From: an uncultured Bacteroidota bacterium
GTDB taxonomy: Bacteria > Bacteroidota > Bacteroidia > Bacteroidales > WCHB1-69
Direction: 5' to 3'
Assembly (NCBI GenBank): GCA_902796805.1
Contig: CADBQG010000018.1
Span: 164-64,163, forward strand
Length of the DNA stretch: 64,000 nt
Position 1 is the stretch's first letter; the number at the start of each line of letters is the position of its first letter. Made by a program: the position numbers and the translations under genes. The notes under the pieces were generated by a model. The model worked only from the letters and a program-made list of their open reading frames with translations. It was not told the DNA's origin and ran no database searches. This document shows positions 63,869 to 64,000 of the stretch, in pieces.

Positions 63869-64000
63869 ATGAAAGAGAATATTCTACCCTACGACAACTC
63901 CATTCAAGACATTATTTACGACATCAGAGGTGCCAAAGTTATGCTGGATTACGATTTGGCGTCGATGTATGAAGTGGATGTTTCACAACTTAAGCGACAG
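63869..64000 (+). CDS. ORF6N (KilA-N-like) domain DNA-binding protein, 5' part (runs off the window)
   Basis: MKENILPYDNSIQDIIYDIRGAKVMLDYDLASMYEVDVSQLKRQ. The IRG.KVMLD.DLA..Y.V....L..Q pattern is typical of ORF6N domains. The frame is open to the window end. Confidence 0.75.
   Translation, partial: MKENILPYDNSIQDIIYDIRGAKVMLDYDLASMYEVDVSQLKRQ

Overview
This 64-kb chromosomal segment has the hallmarks of a Bacteroidales-type genome. That is an inference from TAnnTTTG -7 promoter boxes mostly 15-45 nt upstream of many start codons, a T9SS type-B C-terminal sorting domain, FISUMP-domain lipoproteins, and many ATGA/TAATG gene overlaps. It carries about 60 protein genes at high coding density. 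Most are housekeeping: mnmG, ybeY, rpiB, xerD, cinA, folA, serS, folD, rsmE, ridA, typA, ilvE, apt, mreB, lptC, coaX, pdxA, sppA, rlmD, hydG and nadD. There is also a TolC/MacA/MacB-type efflux operon, two tRNAs (Asn-GTT, Glu-CTC) and several clean intrinsic terminators. Accessory-looking content is limited to four places. (1) A large Gly-rich/FISUMP surface protein sits next to a helix-dense non-coding block (1-500). (2) A folA-linked cluster of secreted proteins and a T9SS cargo gene lies at 20.2-24.1 kb. (3) A GldA-like ATPase is coupled to a degenerate molybdopterin-oxidoreductase-like protein (53-55 kb). (4) A decayed islet at 62-64 kb holds a MntA/HepT toxin-antitoxin pair flanked by ORF6N gene remnants. 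A family of GC hairpin repeats with GTAG..CTAC flanks is scattered through intergenic regions. I did not find a complete, convincing novel multi-gene system; the leads are listed in findings with modest scores. All family assignments come from reading the translations against remembered family motifs, not from searches.
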